A DNA stretch of 64,000 bases from Tubulanus polymorphus (GCF_964204645.1 NC_134033.1:14144655-14208654); one strand, 5' to 3'. Counted from the stretch's first letter, positions 24,822 to 38,763 are shown. The notes: generated by a model from the letters alone, not told the origin. Made by a program: numbers and translations.

Positions 24822-26649
24822 CGCACTGGAAATATGTATGGCATCTTTGATTAACTAACGTGACGGCTTTTCAAATGCAAAGCCGAATCAGAAGAAACCT
24901 TTAGATGGAAAGGTGATAAGTTTTTCGTCAAATGTGTATTGAATACTACGAAAAAAATGAGAGCAAGCTTTTCGTGCATAAAATACCTTTTCGTCTGGTT
25001 ATGAATGAATTTCCGTTTCAGCAGTTATAGATCGTTCTCGAACAAAGCGGGCAGAACGTACCGTCACACAACGCGACGCAAGAGAAGATTGAACAGAACT
25101 GCACCGGGGCACTGGTGTTTAGGTCCCGAAATCGATGTTGAAGGACCTCTCTGTCTTCCGATAATGTAATGTTACCAATTGACTGCACTTAAGAATTCGT
25201 AACTTTTCTCGAATAAGGATCGGAACTATAGAATTCACATCGTACTTATTAACAGCTGTTCAACTCATAATGTGATGAAAGAAGATATCGAAAGTACATC
25301 TAACATTGCGTCTTGTGACTAAATGATAATCTGATCGAGACGTCAAGTTGGACTGCGAAATAGAGTTGACATCATCTTTCTCGGAGTCCTCTATTCCACT
25401 CGTTTGGAGCACCTAGAAATCCAACTAATTTCATCAAAGTTAAGTCGGATCGAAATGCCGACTGAGTTTCGCTTCATTCACGCCAGTTGATGGGGAATCC
25501 TGGCTCTGTAATGGCCAAATATTTATCGTGGGACCAAAAGGATTTTTTCACACGCCGGCGCAACCAGCGTGCCGTTGAAATCCGATCAATACATCGGCCG
25601 TTTTCGAGAATTATTGATATAATAGTTAAGTGTCTTACAGTCATTGTATGAATTTTCATTGTAATAACAGCTGCCAATTAGGTCTCGTCTCTCAATAGTC
25701 TTTATATCTTATTCTTGTTTAATTGATTCGATTTTATCTTGTTAAGTAATGTTATACATCGCTGGTTTACTAGCTACTGCGGCAATTGAAGATCCAATAG
25801 ATCAATGGAATTGAAACAAGCTATACACAAATTACAAAGATCGAAAATGAATATTTATTATTCAGGAATATAACACTGATTAGGACACAACGTTTGGGAC
25901 TGGGTATAGTTCTAAGCCCGGCTTGGCATGGAATATTTCTTGTTTTTATTTTGTCTTCACAATTCCGATCTTGTTATTTCGATGTGTTGATTTATTGGCT
26001 TGTTAATATAATTCTCAAATATGAATTCGCGAGATATGCTGATCAAATTGGCGAGCGTATCGATATCCTATCATCCTTGAATGAAAATGATTTTATGAAC
26101 AGGTTGGACCGCCAAGCTTGGAAGTTTGTAATAAATATTTGTAGTGATAATTCCAATATTATTGATTCCGCATCCATTTTATATGAATAGGATTTGAATC
26201 GGTGTCTCAAACCTGCGACACAATTTGTAAACAAGTAAAAAGAGATGCACCAGGGCCCAATTTCACGAAGGGGAATTAAGAATTTTCTTTCAGTTTTTTC
26301 TTATTGATATTTTTTCGGCCTTTTACGTTGATATCGCACCAGTTATGATATATTTGATAAATGCCCGTGTTTAAAGCCTGACAGGCAACAACATTTCCCA
26401 TGCGTACAGAAATATTGAACACACAGTTTTTATCAATGAACTTTTCGTATGTGCATCTAGGCGTGTATCTGTAATAGGTCGCAAGTTTCAACCATTTCCT
26501 TCTGTATAGCGCCTTATTATGGGGTTTCTTAATACATGCGATGGGATATAGCGATTTATAATTTGCAAAAAGGTAATTATATTTTTCTATCCGAATTCAA
26601 GCATCCAGATGCACATAAGAGAATTGATTAGTATTGGAATTTCTTTTTC

Positions 26650-29600
26650 TTATTTCTTGCCTTTGTTTCGTGCTCTGACTGATTTCATATCAATAGTTAG
26701 AATGGTGTAAAGCAATGGGTTCAGAGTTGAGTTTATGGGTAAGAAAAGAACGGACAGCCAAGCAGCGACCTGGTTCGGTATCTCGACCGAAAAAACCACA
26801 CAGAATTGAACGATTATTAACGGTAGCCAACAAAACAAATTACACAGATTAATGACTAAACTGCGTCGAGCTAGAACGAGTTCCGTAGGATCAGCTCTAC
26901 CCGAACCGGACCTGCTTCCAGATACAAGCCTGTACATCTGCGCATACGTCACCATTATCAGAATGAGGATGATCGCGTTTAATACAGCAAATATAGCGAA
27001 CGAATATTGCCAACCTTTGACATTGATAGAGATTAAGTTCATAGGTAGACACACACCTGTGGTACCATAAAATCTGTCTCCGAAATAAGACAATTCTGAA
27101 AGCGGTAGTAAAGCAGATATTCCTAGCGTCATCCAGCATAGACAGCACATTCCACATATAGATTTCGGGGATAAAAGTGGGTTACCAGAAAATGGATCAA
27201 CGATGTTTGAATATCTGAAACGCGTTAGGAGAAACAGAAATGTCAATGAGCCTTCGCACGATAACATTACCACAACTCCGGCAACCTTGCATAATGAACT
27301 ACGAGTCCAGGTTTCAGAATGGAGAAAATAAACACCTTTATAAACGAAATCAGCGCCAGCGATCAGAAGCAAATAAATTGCCATCAGAAAATCACATACC
27401 GCAATATTAATGATGAATACATCTGAAGTTTTGGTTTTCGTTTTTGATGAAATCATGATTGATTTTGAACGAAGTAAAATGACTATACCGTTTGCCAAAA
27501 AACTGAAAAATGCAATTACCCAGATTACAGCTCTGAGGACGGTGTTGTCCATGAGATCTGAACACGATGAAAATTGATCAGGATCCGGGAGACACCGGTC
27601 AATGTTAGGTACCATACAGCAGAATTTGTACGCGTCTGAAGCGAGAAAGAATAATGACGTCAGATTATCGAAGATATTGCTTTCTACGGAAATTATTTGA
27701 AAGTTGTTGGAAAAATCCAGAACTCCTAAAGATCTGAGCCCGGAAAAAGCGTACGAGGATATTGCATTGATTGCATTATTGCTCACGTTCAAAGATTTCA
27801 GCGCAGGTAAACCTCGAAATATATACGGACCAAGAACAGATATAGAGAGACCGTGAAGATCGAGAACCGGAAGTGAGATCAAACCATTGAAACTACCTTC
27901 ATTCAAATATCTTAGTGGATTTCCAGTGAGGACAAGTTCCTTTAAACTCTTTAAACCAAGGAATGTATTTGCAGGTATTGATACTAGACGGTTATGAGAA
28001 AGATCTAAAGAATTTAGATTGTGTAGTTTAGAAAACGCATTGGACACGATGTCTGATAGATTATTATATGAAATATCGAGTACACGAAGATATACAAAAA
28101 GGAAAAATGTCGTTACGTTAAGTAAAATGCTGTTGTTTGTGAGAATTAAAACTCGAGTCGCAGCCGGAAAAATTCCAGATATATCTGACAAACTTGCATT
28201 TTCGCAATTGATGAAATGACCTTGGCATTTACAACCTTTAGGACACGTTTCGTCACAGTAGGCTTCGTCATCCGAGTTATGAATACAATTAACGACACCA
28301 TCACAAACTTCCAACTGCGGAATACATCGATTTTCATCTCCGCATTTAAACATTCCTGGACATGAAAATGTTTTACAACTTAATTCATCTTCTGAATTAG
28401 GACAATCAGTTTGTCCATCACACACCTGTCTGATTGGTATACAGTAAGATGATGGACATTTCACTGTACCAGCTGGACATTCAAATTCACTGCAATCCAG
28501 TAAATGTTCGAGCCTTCTACATGTAGGAAAACCCGTGGCCTTTCTTTCGAAAATACATCTGTCTCGTCTCGAATAACAATGCGGAGATTCGAACGAACAT
28601 CTTTGTTCATCGGTTTCATTACAAAGATTTGTAAATTCAGTCGTACAATATTCTTCACGGTTGCAGTGGATCGTTGGGTTAACAGTTATATTAGTAACTA
28701 TCTCATCTTCTTCCAGTTCACCACCGCAATCAACAATACCATCCCGATACAATAGAGAACTGATACATTCACCATTTACACACAAAAACCCGTTACATTT
28801 GTCCGGAGTGCAGCCGATCTCGTCGGATTTATCTTCACAATGAACCAGTCCATCGCATCTTTTATATGTACCCACGCATTTTCCATTGTTACACCTAAAC
28901 TGTTCTGAGGAACATAAAGTACGATAGCACGAGTTCTCATCTGATCCGTCAACGCAATCTCGTACGAAATCACAAACATTACTGACTGATATAACCTGTC
29001 CATCGTAGCACTGGAATTGGCTCAATGAATTAGAACTTTGACAATTAAGTTCATCTTCTCCGTGTTGACAGTCCTTTCTGGAATCACAAACACGATGTTT
29101 GCTGATACATCTGGCATCGTTACATTCAAACTGCCAGGATTTGCACCCGCTTACAGATGATGATTCATCACTAGTTCTGTTATAGGAACATAACACAGAA
29201 TGCGCTTTATCTGTGATATTATTGAAAGCTGCTAATGACCATTTCGCGATAGTGATATATGTGACGGCATCTCTAGTTACAACTGGTTTTATTGCCAGAA
29301 ATCCACCTCCGTTGCTATCCTTGGTTAGTATATTACCATAATGGTGCTGATAGTGGAACAATTTTATCAAATACGGAATTTCAATGTTAGATGATATCAT
29401 ACCTATGTTTCCGCCGATTGTAAGACACATTCTCCTGGCAGTCTGAACTGCCAATGATTCAGTGTTGAGTGATTCCCAGGCTGTAAGTATCTGATAGCAA
29501 CGTCTTTTAATCCTAATCCAACCTCTTAAACACGTTGAGTCAACTACATCTAACCAATTCCTCATTTTACTAATAGTATCGTTTTGTGAATGTTCCATCG

Positions 29601-32600
29601 TCGTATTTAATTCACGTGAGTATGCAGTTGAGTTGTCCATGCGTTCGGTTTCACAAATGAAAGTCGTATGCATTTGGATGATTTGACACGGAAAACGAAC
29701 CCAGTTGGCGGAACCACGTGGGTTGTTCAGTATCATCGCCGTACACGGTACATTGACGTCATTTGTCGGTTGTTTTCTAAGTGGAGATATCAATCCTTGA
29801 ATAAGTTCTGGTATTGTTTCATTTAAAAAAGCAGGTTTATACCACTCTGTGTAGCTCAATGGTTTCCCATCAGTCCATACGTAGTAACTACCATTTACCT
29901 TGAAATATGATTAATGAGTAGATTATGATATCTTAGGTAGAATAATCAATGATTCTATATCTTAGATTACATATCACTTTATCAACACGAGATCCTTAAT
30001 AAATTGCAGAGCCGTAAATTCGTTTATGAAAAAGGTTTATCGATCTTTCATCACATTAAGACACAACTTATAACTTTAATCAATTTTTTAATCACATATT
30101 TTCACGTGTTTCATATTTTCTAAATTACTGTTGTACCTGCCATTTTAATCCAATCATCACAACAAGCGCCGCTTGTGAATATGCCTGATGAAGCAGTCTC
30201 GTAGCGAACAACTTTTTCACAGCCATCATTTCATGTTGTGAGTTGATACTAAGAAGATGTCCTCCATATTTCTGTCGACAGTACAATTCAGCGTCCTCCC
30301 AATTCAGACGTTCATGTTTGATGTATCTGATACACGAAACTCCAGAATCTAGAAAATCTGATCCGCAGACATTGATTCGATCAATCGGTAAAGGCGATTT
30401 CTCTAAAGTGTATTGAATTTGAAATGTGGGGTAATACGACTTCGTCGCAAGATACAAATCGTACCCGAGAAGACTGTACCAAACATGTCCAGGTACAGCA
30501 TTGTTTTCACATATTTGAGTTTTGAAAATCGTTTCAGCAACAATCTTTCCTCCTCGGTATTGGGGATAGTACACATAAGTTCTTACGTATTGTGTAAACG
30601 ATAAGAAATCTCGTTTAGTAAAAGTTTTCGACTCCGTACAAGACGTTTGTCCGATGAAACGAATCAAGAATCTGAGATAATAGTTTATTTTTCTGTTACG
30701 AGGATGGAAAAACGCAAAGTAATTTGGCTTGCAGCCATGAGTAGGAGGTGTACCTGGATAGTCAGGGGATTGTATCATTCCGCATTTATATCTCTGGCCG
30801 TAATCAAAATCTCTAAAACCATGTGATTTTTTCAATCTCTGACAATTACGCTTAAGTATTACTAATAGACCGCTATTCCCGTACATTGTGAATGCATATC
30901 TATTCAATATCGTTATTCGGCTTAACACTAATCCGTTCAATGACTGACTACTATACCTTAGATATCTATCACACAAACCAAAGACTCTGGTCCAACATCC
31001 GCCCAGCTCATATTTGTATTTTGATAATACATATATGTTTTCTAATGGAAGGCGTCGGTTTTCAGGTGTAATAATTATACAATGTGACGTCATATTTATC
31101 TGACGTTCTCCTTTTCGTAGAACATACCCGTCGCAGTCAGTTGGTCGAAATTGAAGCTTACCACCTCCTAACCGACCATTCCAACTGTAGGCAACTACTG
31201 TAACCGATCCTCCTGATGAAATCAGGCCGACCACTGATCGACCATAGTTCGTCTTATCGCCAGGAGGACAATACGGACCATGGCGTCTATCTGTGAAATT
31301 ACCGCCGTCGTATATGTAGAATCCAGCTCGCTCGCAGTTCTCTGATGTCACGTCGATATGCAAGTCATCTTCATAGATGTCGACTTTCCAGTGAAAGTTA
31401 AATCTACTGATACGATATGTAAACACCTTTGGTATGTGAGGAAGCACATCCGCTTTCAACGTGTAGATTAAGCCTGTCGAACCCATAATATAAATCTGAA
31501 ATAGATTCACATTATCGTTATATCAACGTTATGTTTTTACTCAAAAGTAGATCTGAAATTTTGAAACCACCCTGTCGCGGCAAGCTGCCCGAGCGGAGGA
31601 TGTTTCCAAGTGTCCAAAGTTACGCACACTGTTCAACTAAATTGAATACAATACTTACATCCCTATTTTCCACCTTGACGTCCGATATTCTTAATGATTC
31701 TATTGTGTAGTCAATTGTTGAATTCTGAATCGAAATCACGAAATAATTCTCCGATATCAGTAAACATAACGTCACGAGAAATCCTTCAGATTTTACACTC
31801 GAAGATTCCAGGTAGTTGAAGCCATTTAAAATATCAGTTCCGACAATCGATTGACCCTCGAGTTTGTATACACCGACGACACCTGATTCATTGAGATCGC
31901 GTGTCCAGTTGAAGACGACGTACTGCAGTATTTCAGCTCTGATAGACCAGCAGTACAAGTGTTTAGACTGAGTTATTACGTACGGCCTATCACTAGGAAC
32001 GAGCACTCCGGATTTGTTATAAAAGATCGGAATCGATGGATTAGAAATGTTCCAATCTGATATTTGATATTTTTCAACCACAACCATAGATGTCACCCTG
32101 AACCTTGCACCTTGCCTCGAGAGAGTGATCAGAGCTTTGTTATTTTTAGTGTAAACCGTCTGAGGTGGATAACCGATTTGTTCTCGTAAAATCAATATGG
32201 GATCACTACTTGAGTTCCATCCGTCATAAACTCTAACGTCCTGCTCTGAACCTGCCAATATATAGTAATCAAACTTCTCAAAAGTCAATTTCATCCCGAT
32301 ACCGTCTGGTATCCCGGGCCATTCCAATTTCAGATGACAAGGTTTGTTGATTGAAATGTGAAATTGGTCGTTTCCAGTTTTGTATGATCGAAAACGTGTT
32401 ACACCATTAGAATAATAACTACAATTGTCATCGCTTCTCAGCCCGGTGCCGCTTGGCATATGATAAACTACCAACAGGCGACCGGGTTCTTCTCCAACAT
32501 CACTATTATACACCAAAGAAAACTCATTTGTACGTTGAATATCTGATTTGCGATCTTTACCACATAATTTTTTATTCATTTCGCTTATCCTGAGGAAGCT

Positions 32601-32948
32601 TTTGCGACACCACAATTGTAAATCGTAGTATATTCGAATTCGAAACAGGCCCGGTAAAGAGCTGTTTACTGTCCAACGACATTTAACATCGCGTACTAAC
32701 GACGGATAGTTCGGTGAAAAGATGATACCAGACGTAGAATTGACCGAGTACCAAGTGTTGTTACACGATGAAGTGACAGTTATTGTCGGTTTCTCGGTGG
32801 AGCTCCGATCAGCGGTAGTGCTCTGAGTTGTGGTAGAGCTTTGAGGCGTGGTAGGGCTGCTCCGAGTCGTTGTAGCGCTCTGAGTCGCAGTTTGTGAAAT
32901 AATCAGTAGAATCAGTAGAATCAGCAATAACTCCGTGAAACGTGTCAT
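26650..32948 (-). CDS. Gene C: GRL101-like LDLa/LRR GPCR with CUB and C-type lectin domains, ~1965 aa; complement(join(26650..29898,30137..31495,31659..32948))
   Basis: Signal peptide, Thr/Ser-rich stretch, CUB motifs (SGIIFSPNYP, YDG), CTL motifs (WEDAELYC, IGL..WTDG), ~7 LDLa repeats, LRRs, hinge YKFCC..DQFSSCSDLM, 7TM ending PINSTLNPLLY. Both introns are phase-0 GT-AG. Confidence 0.9.
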
Positions 32949-33784
32949 GATGTTGTCGACGGAATGAATTGTGAATTCTCTACACCCAACTCGATTCGCG
33001 AATCCATATTTTTTTCTATTTTATTTTCACATTCAAATTTTCTCTGGACCAATCATCTACATGCAGGTTAGTTTGAATTACGTATCATTTTTAAATAACG
33101 GTTTCGTGAACTTATTTTTTTACCGGAAAAAAAAATAACCAAAGGTCGTTTTTCGGACAGTTTAATTTGAATTTAACAATATCTATTTTATCATGTAGTT
33201 TTCTTTCTTTTTTCTGTTCCGAAACCATTCCGATCTAAATTCAATTAAAAACGAAGTTTTTGTCATAATTTCATATTGTTGTACCTACACTCTCGCAACT
33301 TAGGAAAAGCTGACAATTTCGAACTGATGCTACTGCACTGAGAACATGAAAAAATAATGTTCAACAATTATCATTCAAACAAATGAGAAAACATTCAAAA
33401 AGGATTATCATCAGACTGATTCAGATTCTTGCTTCTAATGCGTATGCACTTAGAATAGAAACGTATTTCTTGCTTGCTGATTAGAAATTTGTTAGTTCAT
33501 TGAGGAGATCATCGGTTCTTAGTTGTTTATGGTACGAATACGGATATTTTTGACACTCCAACCATTTCCATGGTATATGGAGGAAAAATAGTATTTACAA
33601 TAATTACATAAAAGGTAATAAAATCTTTTAAAACTTCATAAACTGGATTCACACTTGAATACATGATATACTATTTACATATATACTATCGGAGGGATTT
33701 GTATACATCTAGACCTATTTTGATAAATTTAGCCAAATTTAAAGTTGGATTTTTTAATACATTTAAGTTCAGAAAATTATGGCC

Positions 33785-34050
33785 ACTGCTGCTACTGCTG
33801 CTGCAGCGATGACGTGTCATCCAATTAGCGTTAGACGTGTCCCGGGTGAATATGAGACGGTGTTGACAATTTTCGGACAAAGACCAACTTCGTTAAACGT
33901 TCGTTAAACGAGGATTTCAAATATAGAGTTACTTCCAATTACAGACTACGTGGCGCCTGTAAAAATGAAAGTCTATCTGTTCGCAGTGAGAATAGATACC
34001 ACGTATCACGTTCAGTATTCAAACACCAACAAGTTCATCTAAGGTGTGAA
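33785..34050. promoter_or_regulatory. Conserved non-coding block shared (inverted) with 44450-44715, upstream of both GPCR genes
   Basis: High identity over ~200-270 bp while its flanks diverge; contains TGACGT and CCAAT. Confidence 0.45.
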
Positions 34051-34570
34051 ATGCGAAGAATTAGCCAACTGACCAGATTCTATTAGTCCATTTATTTCAG
34101 AGAAAAAGGCAATTGTTTCCGTGTCCTCGATATTTTTGTAAATCCTCAGAAAATTGGAAGTCGCCTTTAGAACGTTTGAAACAATGATAAAAAAACCAAC
34201 CACAACAACAACAGTGGTTACTAGTTTATACGCGATGTAAACAAAAATTAGAAACCGGTTTTTTTTTTGCTCGAAGACAAAGCAAAAAAAGCATAGGCAG
34301 TGACTGATTCTTTAAAATGTACTGTAGATCATAAAAATAGCATTAACGCCGTAAAAAACGAGTATGGACTCGCGACATTAAAACACAACCTTGTTGATTC
34401 TTAGTAGGACCTTCTTAATAGTCTTAATCGGACCGTAAAGCATTGATTTTTAATCGATTTTAAATTGTATCGCAGGATATCCAAAAAGTCTTCATGTGCT
34501 CGATCTCAAGTCAACTTGAAATAGACATTAGCGTCACAACATACGGTGCATATACTGATTGTTTCTACAA

Positions 34571-36388
34571 ATGAAGTTGATTAACCGTTGTATCGGCACC
34601 AGCCATCGATGGAGAAATAGGTTCGTATATAGAAATAGGTTCGTATATTTGTATAGTTATTCGGAATTTATTGAGGATCGTTAGCTCGGGTTTTCTTCAG
34701 AAGTTGGGTCTCAACCTATTGTGAAAAAGGGCCACGCGTGAATAAAACAATGGAGGGCGGGAAGCGTCAGTGCCGATCCTTTTGATCAAAACAGCGCGCA
34801 ATGTACTGTTCTCATTTAAGAAGCTGGAGGCTTTTTTTAAACGTTCGCCTTTTTGAAGCAAATGTTTTTACCAAGCGAATCATTGAAAAATAACATGATT
34901 TGGAAAAATTCGTGCGGACCTCAAACGAGTAGTTTTTCTATAGAAAAGAAAATATATCATATCTAGCAGAATCTAGCTTATTCGGGAACGTTTTTAAATG
35001 ACAATTCAGAAACGAGTCTTTATGGTTTCTACTCGGTAAACATGATGATAAAAATTACTTTATCTTTGCTTTGATTGAGAACACGATTGAAAGAAAAAAC
35101 AAAAGTATGCAATTCTAAGTATGATATCGCACGTATAATCTAGATTTTTAAACTCAAGTCATTATAAGTCCGTGGTATGATGTTCATGTTGCAATCCAAG
35201 GGTGTTGCAAGAGGGTACGATTATTGTGGATTATACCTTGGAGTAATCATTGTCAAAAGATTACTCCAAGATACGTACCCTGAAGCTATCGACCCGATCA
35301 GGCGGTCGCCTAAGACCATCTTCTTTTAAAACATCAAATTCATTCTTTTTAGATATAAATGGATTGTTTTAGCAATACTTGCTCTGTTTTTACTGCACAT
35401 GCGAGGAGTAGTAAAAATCACGATTGGCGCACCCAGAACGATACGACCGCCATCTCCGTTTATTGGTAATCTACGAGATATTGAATTCGTCAACAACAAT
35501 GCCGCCATATGCCGAGGAAACCCTAAAACTATCGTAGTCATTATATCACGCGTGATGAGCTACGACAAACGTCAGGCAATTCGTGCAACATGGGCCAAAT
35601 CGAATAGCGATGTTCGGTATGTTTTTTTGATCGGACTGCTAGCTACGGAGGACCATCTCTGGGAGCGGTTTCTGCCCGTAGAAATGGCCACGTACGGCGA
35701 TATTATACAGATTAATATGAAAGACGTGTATTACACACTGACGATAAAAACGGGCGCCATGGTTAAATGGGTTTACGAGTATTGCCGACATGCGAAATAC
35801 GTCATCAAAATCGACGATGACATGTATTTGGACGCCGAACAGTTTACGTATGCGTTAGATGCGCGCGCAGATCAGAACGCGTATTTTGTGTGTACGGTCT
35901 TAGTTCGGCCCTTCGTAATTCGAGATCCAAGAAGTAAATTCTATATCAGCCGGGAGACGTGGCCGTTACCTACTTTCTCAAATCATTGTCTCGGTTCCGG
36001 GTATGGTTTCACGGCGAATGCAATTCCCGATATTTGGAGAGCGGCTCTAAAAACTGAACTGATACAATTCGAAGATGTCTGGTTGACGGGCTTAGTAGCC
36101 AGGAAAGTGCAAGATCTTAAACTCGTTAACGATAAACGCGTGCATTTTTTGCCTTTATTAAAAAACTGGTGCGAAATGAAGCATTGCATCACGATGCACG
36201 GACTTAGTCCAGAAAATCTGTTAGATATATGGCGAGACAAGTTGGCCGGTAAAACCTGCCCTCCACCGACCAAAAGTCTACAAAGAAAATGTACAATACC
36301 TGATAATAATCTAATAGTTATGATTGTATTTTTGATCTGTTTCAACTTTATTTCGTGCTCTGATCGATTTCATTTAATATCTGGTTAG
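34571..36388 (+). CDS. Beta-1,3-galactosyltransferase-like (GT31) type II membrane protein, ~361 aa; join(34571..34620,35353..36388)
   Basis: Motifs RQAIRATW, YGDIIQ, KIDDD and EDVWLTG. A phase-2 splice supplies the cytoplasmic N-terminus and joins the TM segment WIVLAILALFLL. Confidence 0.85.
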
Positions 36389-36480
36389 AATAGTGTCACG
36401 AAGTGGGTTCCGAGTTCAGTTTATTGCTAAGAAAAGAACGGTCAATCAAGCAGCGACCTCATTCGGTGTTCCAATGAAAA
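36345..36480 (-). pseudogene. GRL101-like TM7/C-terminus relic
   Basis: Aligns with 26660-26790 (TTTCGTGCTCTGA..GATTTCAT..GTTAGAAT..TGGGTTC..AAGAAAAGAACGG..AAGCAGCGACCT). Confidence 0.65.
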
Positions 36481-36849
36481 AGGACGAATCGGTCGGCTGC
36501 TAATGAAGTGGGAAACGTGGTTATATCAAACAATCCATTACATGTAACAGTTGGCGAATATTTCGTTTTAGGATATTTGAATACGAATCCATCATAGATG
36601 ATTTCAGTCTGAATTAATCTGCTCTAATCTGGAATACGGATTGCTATATCATTAGAATTTCGTTCATATCGATAAATAATGATGTAATCCACTAATACTT
36701 TATGTCGACTTATTGAAATGCGTAGACTCCTTTATAATCCTAATGTTATGGTACAAAGTATCATTATTCGTCATAAACATAAATCATGTTATGTCAGTGA
36801 TTGCGATGTATTACTACATGATTATCTGAATATATATTATTTGAAAATG

Positions 36850-36907
36850 TATAAAATGGACTTTCATACCGTTCGAATAAATTAATTTGCTTGAAACACG
36901 CAATAAG
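36850..36907 (+). promoter_or_regulatory. Candidate TATA box and short non-coding first exon of the Cys-rich peptide gene
   Basis: TATAAAA at 36850 and a consensus donor AAG|gtaagt at 36908. The coding exon is preceded by acceptor tatttcag at 37630. Confidence 0.45.
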
Positions 36908-37435
36908 GTAAGTTCAGCTCCACGGTTTTTTGACACACCCGTTCTCTAGTGGGTTTAATCATTAGACACTGAAATGTTCAGATCCACAGTATTGTGGAGT
37001 TCATCTGACTCTGACCAAGTTCGCTTGAATCGATTTCATTTGACCGTGCACCAAGTTCTTCAATTTGATTATGGACCCCACGGTCCGTAGGCATAGGGGG
37101 TAACTGGGGTTACTGTACCCCCCCCCCCATTTGGATGATAGTGCCCTTTTTCTGAGATGTACTTATTTGATTTAACCCCGTTACTTATTTACCTTGGGCA
37201 CACTTTCCACAAATGGGCACTTTCACATGGAGGCAGGGCACCTCTTTCAAAAAGGGCATATTAGAGGGCACTCTTTCCACAAAAAAGCACTTTCATTGGC
37301 GCAAGGGCAGTTTCCATAAGATGGATCCGGAGAGCGCCCTTTTATATCAAATAACCTCCACCAACTAAATCCTGCTTACGGGCCCTGACCCTGTTCTAAA
37401 AGTGTTGGTTTTACTTCTCTTTATTTGACACCCCA

Positions 37436-37559
37436 AAATGAAATGCAATATCTGATTCGTTGTATTTCGTATTGCATTTGAGAATTTCATCGTATTCTAA
37501 TTAGTCTAAGCTAGATTTGCGAAGTCAAACTAAACGATGCCATCAGGTTCGAATCCCAG
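37436..37559 (+). repeat. ~120-bp segment duplicated at 39019-39142, ending in a B-box-like GGTTCGAATCC
   Basis: Near-identical direct copies. Confidence 0.8.
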
Positions 37560-37632
37560 AGTTTATCACTTGAACTATCATATTGATTACGCGTTTCTTT
37601 ACAATCATGTAATACTGTAACGTATTTCAGTA

Positions 37633-37909
37633 ATGTTCACAAAAACTCTCTTCATCGCCTTGGCCGTGTTTATGGTCATTGGAGCTATCGCGGCAAATGG
37701 AGGTAATCTATATGACAATTATTCGGTTCACACGCAATCAGATAATTTCCATTCACAATTTCTACCTTTAACGCCTTGTCTGTATTTTTTCAGAAGTTCG
37801 CTCTGAAAAGAGAGGAATCGGTTGCTGGTGCCGCAGCAGATGGGGCACATATTGGCTGTTTTCTATTAACAGAGACTGTTGCCCGTCCGTTCTTGGGAAA
37901 TGTTGTTAA
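37633..37909 (+). CDS. Secreted 6-Cys peptide precursor, 61 aa, APETx/BDS-like; join(37633..37702,37794..37909)
   Basis: Translation MFTKTLFIALAVFMVIGAIAA-NGEVRSEKR-GIGCWCRSRWGTYWLFSINRDCCPSVLGKCC*. The 91-nt intron is phase 1 with donor G|gtaatc and acceptor ttttttcag. Confidence 0.85.
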
Positions 37910-38459
37910 AGGATGCGTGTATAAGGCATCATATTATGGAAACATTTGCAAGATGAATCAAAGCAAATTAAAAAAATATCGTCAGAATTAAGAAATTCTC
38001 GATATGATTGTTTAAATATTTTCACTGAATTAGGAATATTGGTTGCCCATTTCTAACCGTTCTTTCCCGAGACCGGATTGTGGTTTGACGAAAAGATGAC
38101 ACCTCATTACGCGAGGACGATGACCTTTTGAGAACAGAGAAATCCGCAGTCAATTTAGCAGAAAATTTACAAGAGCCCGTGGACGTTGTGCGTGACCAGT
38201 CCGTAGCTGAAGCTAGTAATTACACTTCACACGATTCAACTTGTACAAAATGTTCGAGAATCTGATTTATAACGTGATAAAACTACGCAATAAATCGCGA
38301 GAGACGAATGAAATATGAGTCCCACAATCACAAGTTCGAAAAAGATTTTAAAACATCAAAACTATAAAGAATTCATTAAAAACTCGAATTTTCGGTTTCA
38401 TCCTAAAAACCATTCGAAACCACCGAAAATTCGAGTTTTTAAGAAATTCTTTAAGAATT

Positions 38460-38610
38460 CTGGACTGATTTCATTTCCTATCTGGTTAGAATATTGTAAG
38501 TAAGTTAATTCAGAGCTGAGTTTATCGGTAAGAAAATTGGTTCGGTGTCCCAATAAAAAAACGAACGATGCAGAATCGGACGTCTGCTAAAGAGGTGGAA
38601 AACGTGGCCA
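38460..38610 (-). pseudogene. Second, more decayed GRL101-like 3' relic
   Basis: Aligns with 36360-36520 and 26675-26790 (GACTGATTTCAT..TCTGGTTAGAAT..TTCAGAGCTGAGTTTAT..GGTAAGAAAA..GGTTCGGT). Confidence 0.5.
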
Positions 38611-38763
38611 TCGCAAACCATCTTGCCCTTTAAATCAATTTGTTCATAAATCATTTATACCACGTATTTACTTCACAGAAGCGTTTTATTACCCATTATA
38701 CTCAGAATGGAACACAAAACACGCTCAAATACACGTATATATTTGGAATGCCGTATTACCGCT

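Noticed and set aside
24987-25029. TATA box and non-coding first exon for gene A
   Set aside because: The donor is shared with gene B, but the TATA-like word is absent in B and the spacing is marginal; insufficient support.
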